NCBI GenBank assembly: GCA_028707125.1
Contig: JAQTUX010000001.1
Coordinates: forward strand, 269,639-333,638
DNA: 64,000 nucleotides
Source: Candidatus Omnitrophota bacterium
Lineage (GTDB): Bacteria; Omnitrophota; Gorgyraeia; Gygaellales; JAQTUX01
Reading direction: 5' to 3'
In this document: positions 7,710 to 17,114 of the stretch, piece after piece
Numbering within the stretch: position 1 is the stretch's first letter
Layout: each line of letters begins with the position of its first letter
Made by a program: the position numbers and the translations under genes
The notes under the pieces: model-generated
What the model was told of the DNA's origin: nothing
The model's input: only the letters and a program-made list of their open reading frames with translations
The model's database searches: none

Positions 7710-10421
7710 ATGATAACGCTGGAAGACGTTTGGCTGAAATACAGGATAGCGTTCAAGGAAGGCGCGAGGGCCGTTTGCGAGGATTTCTGGGCGCTTAAGG
7801 GCATAGACCTGAATGTCGGCAAGGGAGAGTGTTTCGCGGTCATCGGAGAGAACGGCTCAGGCAAGACCACGCTCCTGAGGGTGATCAGCGGCATGCTAAT
7901 GCCTGACAAGGGCAGGGTGCGCCTGGGAGGAAGGGTCGCCGGGCTTATGGAGATACAGGCCGGTTTCCATCCTGAACTGACCGGCAGGGAGAATATCTAC
8001 AATATCTCGGCGCTTTCAGGCCTGAGCGCCGATGAGACAGGCGCCTGTTACGCGGACATGGTTGAGTTTGCCGCCATCGGCAGGTTCATCAACGCCCCGG
8101 TAAAGACATACTCCCAGGGCATGCTTGTGCGCCTTGCCTTTGCCATAGCCATACACGCGCGCACCGACATATTGCTGGTTGACGACATATTCGCGGTAGG
8201 CGATATTTATGCCCGGCGCAAGTGCATTAATAAGATGTTTGAGCTGAAGGATAAGGGCCTGACCATTATTTTTGTTTCTCATGACCTGGATATTGCCAGG
8301 CGGCTGTGTAAAAGAGGCGTGCTGCTCAGGGAAGGCAGGGTTATCAGGGCCGGTTCAATAGACGGACTCGTCAGTTATTATCTTGAGACGGTAGGCAATA
8401 AGGAAGGTATAGCCCTGCTGCAAAAAGGGCGGCTGGCAATTATTTTTAATAACGGCAAGCTGATCATCAGGTGGAACGACTCCGCTCTTACCAAGGGCGC
8501 GGCCGGGCATACGGTGATGAGCTCTTCGGGCAGGACATATCAGTCAGATACCGCCTCCTGGATTATCCGGCAGCCGGCGGCAGCCGATGAGATCGTTGCC
8601 GTAGGCAGGTGGCCGGATATGCCGGCTGAGCTTATCTGGAAGATACGCTGCCGCGGCGAAAAGGAATTCAGCTGGGATGTAACTCTGCAGGCGCGCGCAC
8701 AGGCCCGGATAGAGGATTACACGGCCAGATTGATCCTGACCGACGAATACGAGGGCTGGTTTACATCGCAGGAGGAATACGTTTTTCCGGAGGCGTTCCT
8801 GCATGAGAACGAATGGCAGAGCCGCCGGATAGACGATCATCTTAACTGGCTGATAGGGTTAAAGACGGGAGCCGATAGCGGCGAAGGCCTGCCAACGCTT
8901 GTTTTAGACAGCTCAGGCGCGGATAAACAGGGCGCCTGCCAGATCGGCAATACCGGCATTGAGGCCTCTGCCAGAGGTATTCAGTTCAATTACGTTAATC
9001 CGGAACCAGAGCATGCCGCGGGCAGCTATAAGTTTTTTTCAACCGGCGTGAAGTTATTTGAGGAGCGGGACAGGCAGGATTTTGAATGTTATATGGCGCG
9101 GGCAAGGCAGGCCGGCAGGCGCAGGATCATCAGCCGCGGCCCGCTCGCCCTGTGTTGCGGGCAGCGCAAAATAGAGATTTTCCTGCGGGATGCGCTTTTA
9201 AGCAGCGGCGCGGGGCTGGATACGAAATTCATCTGGCAGGGCCGTACCTACAGCGCCGCCGGAGGTAACTGGTCCGTAGAAAAAGAAGGAGATAATTATC
9301 TTGTAGTTAATATCTTTTGGGGGCCCGAAGCGCCTTTTTTCCAGGTATGGAGAATGGAACTGCGGGATGAGTCCGCCATTTTCTGGCAGGCGGATATGGA
9401 AATAAGAGATGGGCTGGAGATCAGGAACAGGCAGGTTGAGCTTTTTCTCAGCGGCCGATATGACAGGTGGTTTACGCCTTCGGAAAACGGCGACTTTGGG
9501 GCAGTGGAAAAAAAAGGCAACACAGTCATACTAAGTAAATACATAAACGATTTTTCCGGCGTAGAACAGTCCTGCCTTATGCCGGCGGTTACCTTCGCCA
9601 ATCAAGACGGCCGCGCCAGAGTGTCGTATATTTCCCGGGGCCAGGACAAGGAATTAAATACGAAGCTGCATTATCTGGAGATAGATCCCGCCGCTGACGC
9701 GGCGCTTGAAGCAGGCAGGCACGCCTTTTTTAAGGGGGCCATAAGGATAGCGCCCAGGCAGGGACAAAAAGGCGTTGACGCGGTTGTCAATAATAACGGC
9801 GCGGCCGCGGCGATAAATTTTAACGGCGTTTCTCTGGATTTCAGGCACGGCAGGATGCGTCTTTTCTATGAAGGCGTTGAATTGACAAAAGGGCTGGGCC
9901 TTTACTCTGCGGTTTTGCATGAAGGCAACTGGCATGATTCTTCGCAGGGACTATGGAAGGTCGAGGCCTCGGACAGGGAAAGGTTCGTCGCCGTGGGCCG
10001 CTGGCCGTGGCTGCCTGTCAGGCAGGAATGGGAAGTAACGCTATTGGATGGCCGCGATATCATCTGGCGCATAACCAGGGATACCCGGGACGGCTTTGAT
10101 CCCGACAAGGAGCAGGTTAACCTGATGCTGTCGGATAATTACCGGGAGTGGTTTGTCCGGGAAAGGGCGCGGGGAAGGTTTCCCGAAGAGTTTGCCGAGC
10201 ATACCCGCGGCGGGTTCTGGGAGCGGTTATGGTCGGCGGCAGCGCAGTCGCCGGTCGGCGCCAAAGGGCCTGGGCTGCCGTCTGTCCTCCTGGACTGTTC
10301 AGAGAGCCCGGTTCCCGGCCGCCTGTGCATTGAGAACACGGACGCGTTATTCAAGGCCAGGGTCCTGCAGTGCGAATCGGCGCAGCAAAAACATTTTAGC
10401 GGAAAGATAAAGATATGCTGA
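7710..10421 (+). CDS. ABC transporter ATP-binding protein (Wzt/TagH-like) with ~650-aa C-terminal extension of repeated Trp-rich beta domains
   Basis: Walker A GENGSGKTTLLRVISG, signature-like YSQGMLVRLAFA, Walker B ILLVDD. C-terminal 650 aa carry three related ~110-aa units, e.g. VAVGRWPDMPAELIWKIRCRGEKEFSWDVTLQ...YEGWFT / FWGPEAPFFQVWRMELRDESAIFWQADMEIRD...YDRWFT / VAVGRWPWLPVRQEWEVTLLDGRDIIWRITRD...YREWFV. Confidence 0.8.
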   Translation: MITLEDVWLKYRIAFKEGARAVCEDFWALKGIDLNVGKGECFAVIGENGSGKTTLLRVISGMLMPDKGRVRLGGRVAGLMEIQAGFHPELTGRENIYNISALSGLSADETGACYADMVEFAAIGRFINAPVKTYSQGMLVRLAFAIAIHARTDILLVDDIFAVGDIYARRKCINKMFELKDKGLTIIFVSHDLDIARRLCKRGVLLREGRVIRAGSIDGLVSYYLETVGNKEGIALLQKGRLAIIFNNGKLIIRWNDSALTKGAAGHTVMSSSGRTYQSDTASWIIRQPAAADEIVAVGRWPDMPAELIWKIRCRGEKEFSWDVTLQARAQARIEDYTARLILTDEYEGWFTSQEEYVFPEAFLHENEWQSRRIDDHLNWLIGLKTGADSGEGLPTLVLDSSGADKQGACQIGNTGIEASARGIQFNYVNPEPEHAAGSYKFFSTGVKLFEERDRQDFECYMARARQAGRRRIISRGPLALCCGQRKIEIFLRDALLSSGAGLDTKFIWQGRTYSAAGGNWSVEKEGDNYLVVNIFWGPEAPFFQVWRMELRDESAIFWQADMEIRDGLEIRNRQVELFLSGRYDRWFTPSENGDFGAVEKKGNTVILSKYINDFSGVEQSCLMPAVTFANQDGRARVSYISRGQDKELNTKLHYLEIDPAADAALEAGRHAFFKGAIRIAPRQGQKGVDAVVNNNGAAAAINFNGVSLDFRHGRMRLFYEGVELTKGLGLYSAVLHEGNWHDSSQGLWKVEASDRERFVAVGRWPWLPVRQEWEVTLLDGRDIIWRITRDTRDGFDPDKEQVNLMLSDNYREWFVRERARGRFPEEFAEHTRGGFWERLWSAAAQSPVGAKGPGLPSVLLDCSESPVPGRLCIENTDALFKARVLQCESAQQKHFSGKIKIC

Positions 10422-13400
10422 AGGGCCTTTTATTTAATAACAGGAACAGGCGCGCGATAGAACGCGCCGGCATAAAAATAGATATTGATGAAGAGCGCCG
10501 CTTCAGGATCTACCATAACGGCAGCGAGCTCAGCAAGCTGCAGGGCATGCGCGTCTGTTTGTTTTCAGAGGGCAGATGGCACTATTTTCCCGCCAAAGAC
10601 AGTATCTTGAAGATAAGCAGGCCCGATGAAACCAGTTTTAGTTTGCGGCTTTACAATAGAACGCTGCCTGTTGTCCTGCATTGGGGAATGGAGCTGGGTG
10701 AGGGCAGCCGGTTGAAATGGAGCGTGGAATTAGAGCTAAAGGGGCCCATACGGCTGGATGCCGTGAAGGCCGTAGTGCTCCTCAGCCGTTCCTATAAAAG
10801 CTGGTTCTCTTATTCCGGCGCTAAAGAGGGCCTGTTCGCTGATAGCGCCGGAGAATTCCGGCAGGAGATCGGTATTGCCGATTCTGATTTTTTAAGCATT
10901 GGCGCGGACAGGCCGGAAATTGCCACGCTGCTGTTAAGGGCGGTTGATTCGCCTTTAAATGTTTCTTTGTGTAACACGGATGATCTGTCTTCCTCGCGTG
11001 AAGTTGATCTCTGCTGCAACGGGCAGAAGGAATTTTATGCCCCCGGCAGGCACTCTTGTTTTCAGGCGGTTATTGAACTCTGCGGGGATAAGTCCGCAGT
11101 AGAAAATATCATTCAGGATGTAAAAGGCAGAAAGAGGCGCGAAGAAGAAGAGGCGCTGCGTAAAAAGGAAGAGGAGCGCCTGGCGGAAGAAGAACAGCGC
11201 CGGCTAGAGGAAGAACGCCTGCGCCAGGAGGAACAAAGGCGCCTGGAAGAAGAGCGCCGAAAACAGGAAGAGCTCAAGCGCCTGGAAGAAGAGCGCCTGA
11301 GAATTGAGCGCGCGCGGGACCGGCAGCGGCGCACGCTTGAGGCGGGTGATTTCAGGATTTATTTTGACTACAATAACCGTTTCCATTTCTACCACAGGAA
11401 TGAGGAGTTTACCAAGGCGCATGGCCTGCATACGGGTATATTTTCAGAGGGCCGCTGGTATGGTTCGGCGGATTCAGAGGCCGCTATAGAGAATAGTGAG
11501 CCGGGTAGATTAAGGATCAATTTCAGGCACAGACATCTGCCCGTTATTCAATCCTGGGACCTGCGGTTAGATTCCGCGGGAGTAATCAGGTGGAGCGTTG
11601 ATATGCGGCTTGAGCAGCCGTTAAGGATAGAGCGCAGGAACGCCTGCCTGTTTTTGTCCCGCGCCTATGACAGGTGGCTTGCGCCTCCGGACGCGGGGGC
11701 GTTCCCCGCGGCATTCGGCCTGCAATGGCAGATGGCCAGCCCTTCGGAGAGCAGGCCGGGCTTTATAGGGCTGACGTCCGGGATGAAGCAGCTGCCGGGC
11801 ATAACATTAAAGGGCTCCGAAGACGGCGGCCGCCTGGCTGTTCATAACGCGGATATGGATGTCTCATCCCGCGTCCTTGAGGAGCGTTTTGAAGAGCGCG
11901 TAGAGTTTTACAAGGCAGGCGATTACTCTTTCTCGCGGGCGGTCATCCGGCTTTATAATGATAACGCGGCCATCGAGGGCGCGTTCAAAGAGGCGGAAGA
12001 AAAAGAGAACGCGCTCAGAGAGTTGCGCAAAGAGCGGCTGAGGCGCGCCGCCGGGCTAAGGCAGGGGAGAAAAGAATTTGAGGGGCTGCGCCTGCGCCCC
12101 GCGGCCTCGCGCGTCGTTATTTACGGCGATTCCCAGGGCCTGCACGATAAGATCAGCGGCGAGGCAGGCGGTTTTAACAGGGCCGTAGCGTGCATTAAGG
12201 CAGAAAGCGGCACAGCCGCGGTAGGTATCTCACGGTTTAATTTCTTCAAGATCCATGAGGTCGTCCAGTTCATCTCTACTTTGAGGAACGCGCGGATCGA
12301 TACGCGCCCTGTCTGCCTGCCGCTGTTTCCGGCAAGCGGTATTTACTCCAGTTTTCTTAATTACATAAAGGAGATCAAATCTCTCGTCGCAGGAAAGGGC
12401 ATCGAACTTTTCTTAAAAGACGTTGATCTGCTCAAACTCCTGCAGGCTGTGTCTTCGCAGTCCAATAGAGATAACGAGAGGGACCTGCTGCGGCTTCTGG
12501 GGCTGATAGCCGAGCATCCCTTTATCGGGCCGCAGACGCTGGTCCTCGACACAACGCATAAATGCAATACAAACTGCGCCCATTGCTGGATACACAACCC
12601 CCGCAGCAAGACGCCCCCCGCCGTGCTCGAATCAAAGATGGACGACCGCCTGTACAGGAAGATCATTGACGACGCGGCAGCCATTTTGAGCGACGAGGTC
12701 ATAATACAGGGCGACGGAGAGCCGCTTCTGGACGACCGCTTTATCGAGATGGCGCGTTACGCCAGGGACAAGGGGTTAAAGGTCCTGTTCTTTACCAACG
12801 GCATACTCCTGGATGAGGCGACGGCTAAATGCCTGATAGACCTGGAGGTCAATGAGATATTCTGCAGCCTGCCCGCCGGGACCGACCTGACCTACAGCTG
12901 GATAAATTCGCGGCAGTCAAAAGACACCTTCCACAGGATCGTCGGCAATCTGAAAAACCTGATCTCCCTGAGGAACGGCTCGGGCAGGCCCCTGCCGCTT
13001 TTGCAGATGACCCACGTGATACACAATATGAATTGCCATGAGATCGAGCAGATGTCCGCTGTTGACGCGGACATAGGCGCGGACAGGGCACGCTTCTACC
13101 TGGCCCGCCTTGACGAGAACATCGCGCATTTAAAGATACTATCTTCACAGGTAGAGGCGCTAAAGGCATCCCTGCGGAAGGCCGCCGCGTTGCTTAAAGA
13201 AAGCAAAATAGACCTGCAGGACAATATTTTTTTCCAGCTGGACAATTATCAGCCGGAGACCGGTTACTGGTCGCAGGGCCGTTTTCTTGAAACGGGCTGC
13301 CCGGTGGGGTGGTTTTTCGCGCTGATATTGGCTGGAGGAGAATTGAGCATGTGCTGCCATATGCGGGTGGTCGGGCGCCTGGGGGAAAGATCGCTGAGGG

Positions 13401-13588
13401 AGGCGTGGAATTCCCGGGAATACAACGATTACAGGGTCAAGGCCAAACATATGCGGGACAATATGGACGCGCGTTTCTCAAACGGCGTCAAGCTTTACGA
13501 TGATTTCTGCAATCATTGCGATACGCATCAGGTGATCTTAAGGATAAACGGCCTGCTGGAGCGATACGGGCTGAAGAAATTCTTATAA
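10415..13588 (+). CDS. Multidomain radical SAM/SPASM protein: Trp-rich domain - ER/K-rich single alpha-helix - Trp-rich domain - linker - radical SAM core - Cys-rich C-terminal (SPASM-like) domain
   Basis: CX3CX2C motif in LVLDTTHKCNTNCAHCWIHNP. C-terminal cysteines GCPVGW...MCCHM...FCNHCDTH. Two N-terminal domains (RWHYFP...LHWGMELGEGSRLKWSVELEL...YKSWFS; RWYGSA...QSWDLRLDSAGVIRWSVDMRL...YDRWLA) resemble the ABC ATPase tail repeats. Charged stretch EEEALRKKEEERLAEEEQRRLEEERLRQEEQRRLEEERRKQEELKRLEEERLRIERARDRQRR. Confidence 0.8.
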   Translation: MLKGLLFNNRNRRAIERAGIKIDIDEERRFRIYHNGSELSKLQGMRVCLFSEGRWHYFPAKDSILKISRPDETSFSLRLYNRTLPVVLHWGMELGEGSRLKWSVELELKGPIRLDAVKAVVLLSRSYKSWFSYSGAKEGLFADSAGEFRQEIGIADSDFLSIGADRPEIATLLLRAVDSPLNVSLCNTDDLSSSREVDLCCNGQKEFYAPGRHSCFQAVIELCGDKSAVENIIQDVKGRKRREEEEALRKKEEERLAEEEQRRLEEERLRQEEQRRLEEERRKQEELKRLEEERLRIERARDRQRRTLEAGDFRIYFDYNNRFHFYHRNEEFTKAHGLHTGIFSEGRWYGSADSEAAIENSEPGRLRINFRHRHLPVIQSWDLRLDSAGVIRWSVDMRLEQPLRIERRNACLFLSRAYDRWLAPPDAGAFPAAFGLQWQMASPSESRPGFIGLTSGMKQLPGITLKGSEDGGRLAVHNADMDVSSRVLEERFEERVEFYKAGDYSFSRAVIRLYNDNAAIEGAFKEAEEKENALRELRKERLRRAAGLRQGRKEFEGLRLRPAASRVVIYGDSQGLHDKISGEAGGFNRAVACIKAESGTAAVGISRFNFFKIHEVVQFISTLRNARIDTRPVCLPLFPASGIYSSFLNYIKEIKSLVAGKGIELFLKDVDLLKLLQAVSSQSNRDNERDLLRLLGLIAEHPFIGPQTLVLDTTHKCNTNCAHCWIHNPRSKTPPAVLESKMDDRLYRKIIDDAAAILSDEVIIQGDGEPLLDDRFIEMARYARDKGLKVLFFTNGILLDEATAKCLIDLEVNEIFCSLPAGTDLTYSWINSRQSKDTFHRIVGNLKNLISLRNGSGRPLPLLQMTHVIHNMNCHEIEQMSAVDADIGADRARFYLARLDENIAHLKILSSQVEALKASLRKAAALLKESKIDLQDNIFFQLDNYQPETGYWSQGRFLETGCPVGWFFALILAGGELSMCCHMRVVGRLGERSLREAWNSREYNDYRVKAKHMRDNMDARFSNGVKLYDDFCNHCDTHQVILRINGLLERYGLKKFL
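11140..11310 (+). repeat. 39-nt tandem coding repeats (x3-4) encoding the ER/K-rich helix
   Basis: gaagaacagcgccggctagaggaagaacgcctgcgccag / gaggaacaaaggcgcctggaagaagagcgccgaaaacag / gaagagctcaagcgcctggaagaagagcgcctgagaatt (11189-11305), preceded by a degenerate copy. Confidence 0.7.
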
Positions 13589-13593
13589 AAGAT

Positions 13594-15798
13594 ATGAAGA
13601 TATCATTGGTAAATCTGCCCTGGAGGAGTTTTGGCAGGGAGGGGGTGAGGGCTGGTTCCCGCTGGCCGCATTTGAAGGCCCGCTCGGAGAAAGAATATCT
13701 GCCTTTCCCCTTTTTTCTCGCCTACGCGGCGGCGCTGCTTAAAAAGAACGGATTTAACGCGCGGCTCATTGACGCCATCGCCAGCGGCCTGTCTTACAGG
13801 CGGTTTTCGCGCCGGATGCGCTCCAGCCGCCCCGACATCCTGGTCTGCGAGACGTCCACGGTGACCCTCAAGCATGACTTGCGGGTCCTGAAGGGCCTGG
13901 GGAGCAAGGCGGAGATCATCCTTTGCGGCCCGGATGTCAATATCCGCCGGCCGGATTTTCTCAGGGAGAACGGATTTATAAAATATGTGCTGTCCGGAGA
14001 ATATGAATTTACGCTCCTTGAACTGCTGCAGCATCTTGATGAGGGCCGCGGCCTTGATGAGGTAAAGGGGATCATATACCGCTCTAACGGCGGCGTGAAG
14101 ATCAATCCCGCGCGGCCCCTGGTTGACCTGGACCGCCTGCCCTGGCCTCTGCGCGAAGGCCTGCCGATGTCGCGTTACAACGATGCCCCGGGAGACATAC
14201 CCATACCGTCGGTGCAGATGATGGCCTCACGCGGCTGCCCGTTTCGCTGCAAGTTCTGCCTCTGGCCGCAGGTGATGTATCAGGGCAGCCATTACAGGGC
14301 CAGGAGCGTCGTGGACGTCGTTGATGAAATGGAATACCTGGTCAGGAATTCGGGATACAGGTCGGTCTATTTTGACGACGATACCTTTAACTGCGGCAAA
14401 GAAAGGATGCTCGGCCTCTGCGCTGAGATCAAGAAGAGGGGCCTGAATATCTTCTGGGCGATAATGGCAAGGGCCGACCTGATGGATGAGGAGATCCTGG
14501 TGAATATGAAAGAGGCGGGGTTGTTTGCCGTCAAATACGGCGTGGAATCCGCCGATAACTCCCTGTTGGACAATATCAATAAGGGTATGTCGCTTGAAAA
14601 AACAGAGGCCGTCATCAAGATGACCAGGGCGCTGGGCATCAAGACCCACCTGACCTTTACCCTGGGCCTTCCGGGAGAGACCAGGCAGACCATAAAAAAG
14701 ACGGTTGATTTCGCCTTAAAGGCCGATCCGGAATCGCTTCAGTTTTCCCTGGCTACGCCGTTTCCGGGAACGGAGTTCTACAGGGAGATGAAGGAGAACG
14801 GCCGGATAATCTCCGCTGATTGGGCAAGATACGATGGAAGCCGCAGCAGCGCGCTCGCCTATGACGATCTCTCCGCGGGCGAGCTTGAGCGCGCCATGAG
14901 GTCGGCTTACAGGCGGTGGGCAATGCACCGTTTGAAAAGGGCCCGTTTTGACCGATTGGGGCTAAAGGCGTATTGCCGCTATTCCCTTGTCAATTCAATA
15001 AATAGCAACGGAATTGTCATGACCGCTTATAAGGTTTCGCGGTTTGCTTTCAGGTACGCGCTTATGCACGTGAGGGAGGCGTTGGTGTCCTCGCCCCGTA
15101 AGATTGAAAACATCGCGCGGGAAAAGGGGTTGAAACTGGGAAGGATGTCCCTGGTCCCGGACGGCCGCGGCCTGAGTTTGTTCTGGGGCGGCCTCAAGTT
15201 GACCCGCGGACGCGGATTTTACAGCTTTCTAAATTTTGAAGGCGCGGATAACGGCAGCGACGGCGCGCTTAAATGGGACACGCAGAGGCCGGACGCGGGC
15301 AGCATTATATTGAGGCGCCTGTATGACGGCGCCGGCATTGAGGAGATATGGAAGATAACCGCGCTGGATGAAAAGCAGATCGGCTGGGACGTGGATATTG
15401 AAATAAAAAAAGAGACGGGTGTGCGGCAGGAAGATATCGGCCTGGCGCTTACGCGCAAATACCGCAAGTGGATAGAAGAATGGGGCGAGGGCAGGTTTCC
15501 CCCTTTGAACGATTACCGCGAAGTTGAGCTCAGGAACGCGCGCAGCGCCGTTGTCGGCGTAAGGGGCAGGAGGGCATTGAGGAATACTCTGCCCACGGTC
15601 CTGCTTGACCTGTCCGCCGGCAATAACGGTTTTCTCCCGTCGGTAGGGAACTCGGCAGAAGGGCATCACGGCCGCCTGCTCGGGGTCAGGCTCGCGCGAG
15701 GGGCCCGCGTCCGCAGATACGCCGCCGGAAGGCACAGGTTGTTGTCGGCCAGGATAAAGATAGTGGAAGAGGATTTCGCGAAGGGCGGGCGAAGATGA
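13594..15798 (+). CDS. B12-binding (class B) radical SAM protein with C-terminal Trp-rich domain
   Basis: N-terminal Rossmann-like B12-binding region (ISLVNLPW..., LIDAIASG, ILVCETS). Radical SAM MASRGCPFRCKFCLWP. C-terminal IWKITALDEKQIGWDVDIEIKKETGVRQEDIGLALTRKYRKWIEEW matches the Trp-rich domain. Start moved to the Met at 13594, just after the upstream stop (ORF track begins at 13516). Confidence 0.8.
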   Translation: MKISLVNLPWRSFGREGVRAGSRWPHLKARSEKEYLPFPFFLAYAAALLKKNGFNARLIDAIASGLSYRRFSRRMRSSRPDILVCETSTVTLKHDLRVLKGLGSKAEIILCGPDVNIRRPDFLRENGFIKYVLSGEYEFTLLELLQHLDEGRGLDEVKGIIYRSNGGVKINPARPLVDLDRLPWPLREGLPMSRYNDAPGDIPIPSVQMMASRGCPFRCKFCLWPQVMYQGSHYRARSVVDVVDEMEYLVRNSGYRSVYFDDDTFNCGKERMLGLCAEIKKRGLNIFWAIMARADLMDEEILVNMKEAGLFAVKYGVESADNSLLDNINKGMSLEKTEAVIKMTRALGIKTHLTFTLGLPGETRQTIKKTVDFALKADPESLQFSLATPFPGTEFYREMKENGRIISADWARYDGSRSSALAYDDLSAGELERAMRSAYRRWAMHRLKRARFDRLGLKAYCRYSLVNSINSNGIVMTAYKVSRFAFRYALMHVREALVSSPRKIENIAREKGLKLGRMSLVPDGRGLSLFWGGLKLTRGRGFYSFLNFEGADNGSDGALKWDTQRPDAGSIILRRLYDGAGIEEIWKITALDEKQIGWDVDIEIKKETGVRQEDIGLALTRKYRKWIEEWGEGRFPPLNDYREVELRNARSAVVGVRGRRALRNTLPTVLLDLSAGNNGFLPSVGNSAEGHHGRLLGVRLARGARVRRYAAGRHRLLSARIKIVEEDFAKGGRR

Positions 15799-17114
15799 AG
15801 AGCGGCTCACGCTGGGTGAAGTTCAGGGATAGGCTGAAAAACAGCGGCCTGAAGGATACGCTGAGGACGGCTATGCTGGAATTGAGGCCCGGGCGTTTTT
15901 TCGGGGATTATCTTGATGTGCTGGGGGTGCTGGACGGGCTGCACGCTTATAAAGGCCCGGAGTTCGCCCAGATAGACCTTACCAACGACTGTAATAATAA
16001 TTGTATCGGCTGCTGGTGCAATTCGCCGCTTCTCGGAGACAAAAGGATAAGGTCCGGTGATAAAAGGCGGACACTGTCCCTTAAAAGCGTGCTGAAACTT
16101 CTTGATGAGTTGTCCGCCATGGCCACGCGCCATATTTATTATGCCGGCGGCGGCGAACCGTTCATGCACCCCGATATTATGGAGATACTCAGATACACAA
16201 AGCGGAAAGGGTTTGTCTGTTACGTAAATACCAATTTTACCCTGCTTGACGAAGAGAAGATAAGGAAGATCGTAGATTTGAAGGTTGATCATCTGACCGT
16301 GAGTGTCTGGGCGGCAACGCCTGAGGCCTACTGCTTCACGCACCCCAACAAGGAGGGGGCGGATTTTCTGAGGATAAAGGAGATGCTTTCGCTGCTTAAC
16401 CGGATCAAGCGCGGATACCCGGTAGTCAAACTATACAATGTGATCTTCAATATGAATTACCATGAGCTTTCCGCCATGGTGGATCTTGCCGCGGACACGA
16501 ATTCAGAGGCGGTTGAATTCACGGTCATCGATACCATCCCCGGCAGGACGGATAAGTTGTTGTTGAACCCCCAAGAGCGCAGCGCGTTGTTGGAGGAATG
16601 CAGGAAGATTGAACAGCGCAGCGCGAACGCGCATCTTCGGCCGCGGCCGCAGATAATGAATTTGCGGCAGTTCGCGCGCCGGATCGAAAACGCGGCCTCC
16701 TCAAGCGCCGAATATGATTCAGATGTGATCGGCAGCATGCCTTGCTACGCCGGATGGGCGTTCACGAGGATACTGGCCGACGGCAGCGTGAATTCCTGCC
16801 TGAAATCCCACCGTTTCCCCGTGGGCAATATCCGCCAGGAGAGCTTCAAGAAGATATGGAACGACAGGCGCCAGAGGTATTTCAGAAGGAAGGCCTACCA
16901 TCTGGATAGATCGGACCCCTTTTTCAAGATCATAGGCAACGACCCTGATTCGGCAATGGGCTGCTATAAAAGCTGCGATAATCTCGGACATAACATGGAG
17001 ATGCACGGCAAGATGTCCGCTTTGAGCGCCCGCCAAAGAAGATGGCTTGAACGCGCGGCAGGGATCATGAAGTCAGGGCGCAGATATTACTACGGAATGG
17101 CCGGAGGTAAATAA
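15795..17114 (+). CDS. Radical SAM protein with Cys-rich C-terminal (twitch/SPASM-like) region
   Basis: IDLTNDCNNNCIGCWC (CX3CX2C); GGGEPFMHPD. C-terminal cysteines MPCYAGW...NSCLKSH...GCYKSCDN. Confidence 0.75.
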   Translation: MKSGSRWVKFRDRLKNSGLKDTLRTAMLELRPGRFFGDYLDVLGVLDGLHAYKGPEFAQIDLTNDCNNNCIGCWCNSPLLGDKRIRSGDKRRTLSLKSVLKLLDELSAMATRHIYYAGGGEPFMHPDIMEILRYTKRKGFVCYVNTNFTLLDEEKIRKIVDLKVDHLTVSVWAATPEAYCFTHPNKEGADFLRIKEMLSLLNRIKRGYPVVKLYNVIFNMNYHELSAMVDLAADTNSEAVEFTVIDTIPGRTDKLLLNPQERSALLEECRKIEQRSANAHLRPRPQIMNLRQFARRIENAASSSAEYDSDVIGSMPCYAGWAFTRILADGSVNSCLKSHRFPVGNIRQESFKKIWNDRRQRYFRRKAYHLDRSDPFFKIIGNDPDSAMGCYKSCDNLGHNMEMHGKMSALSARQRRWLERAAGIMKSGRRYYYGMAGGK

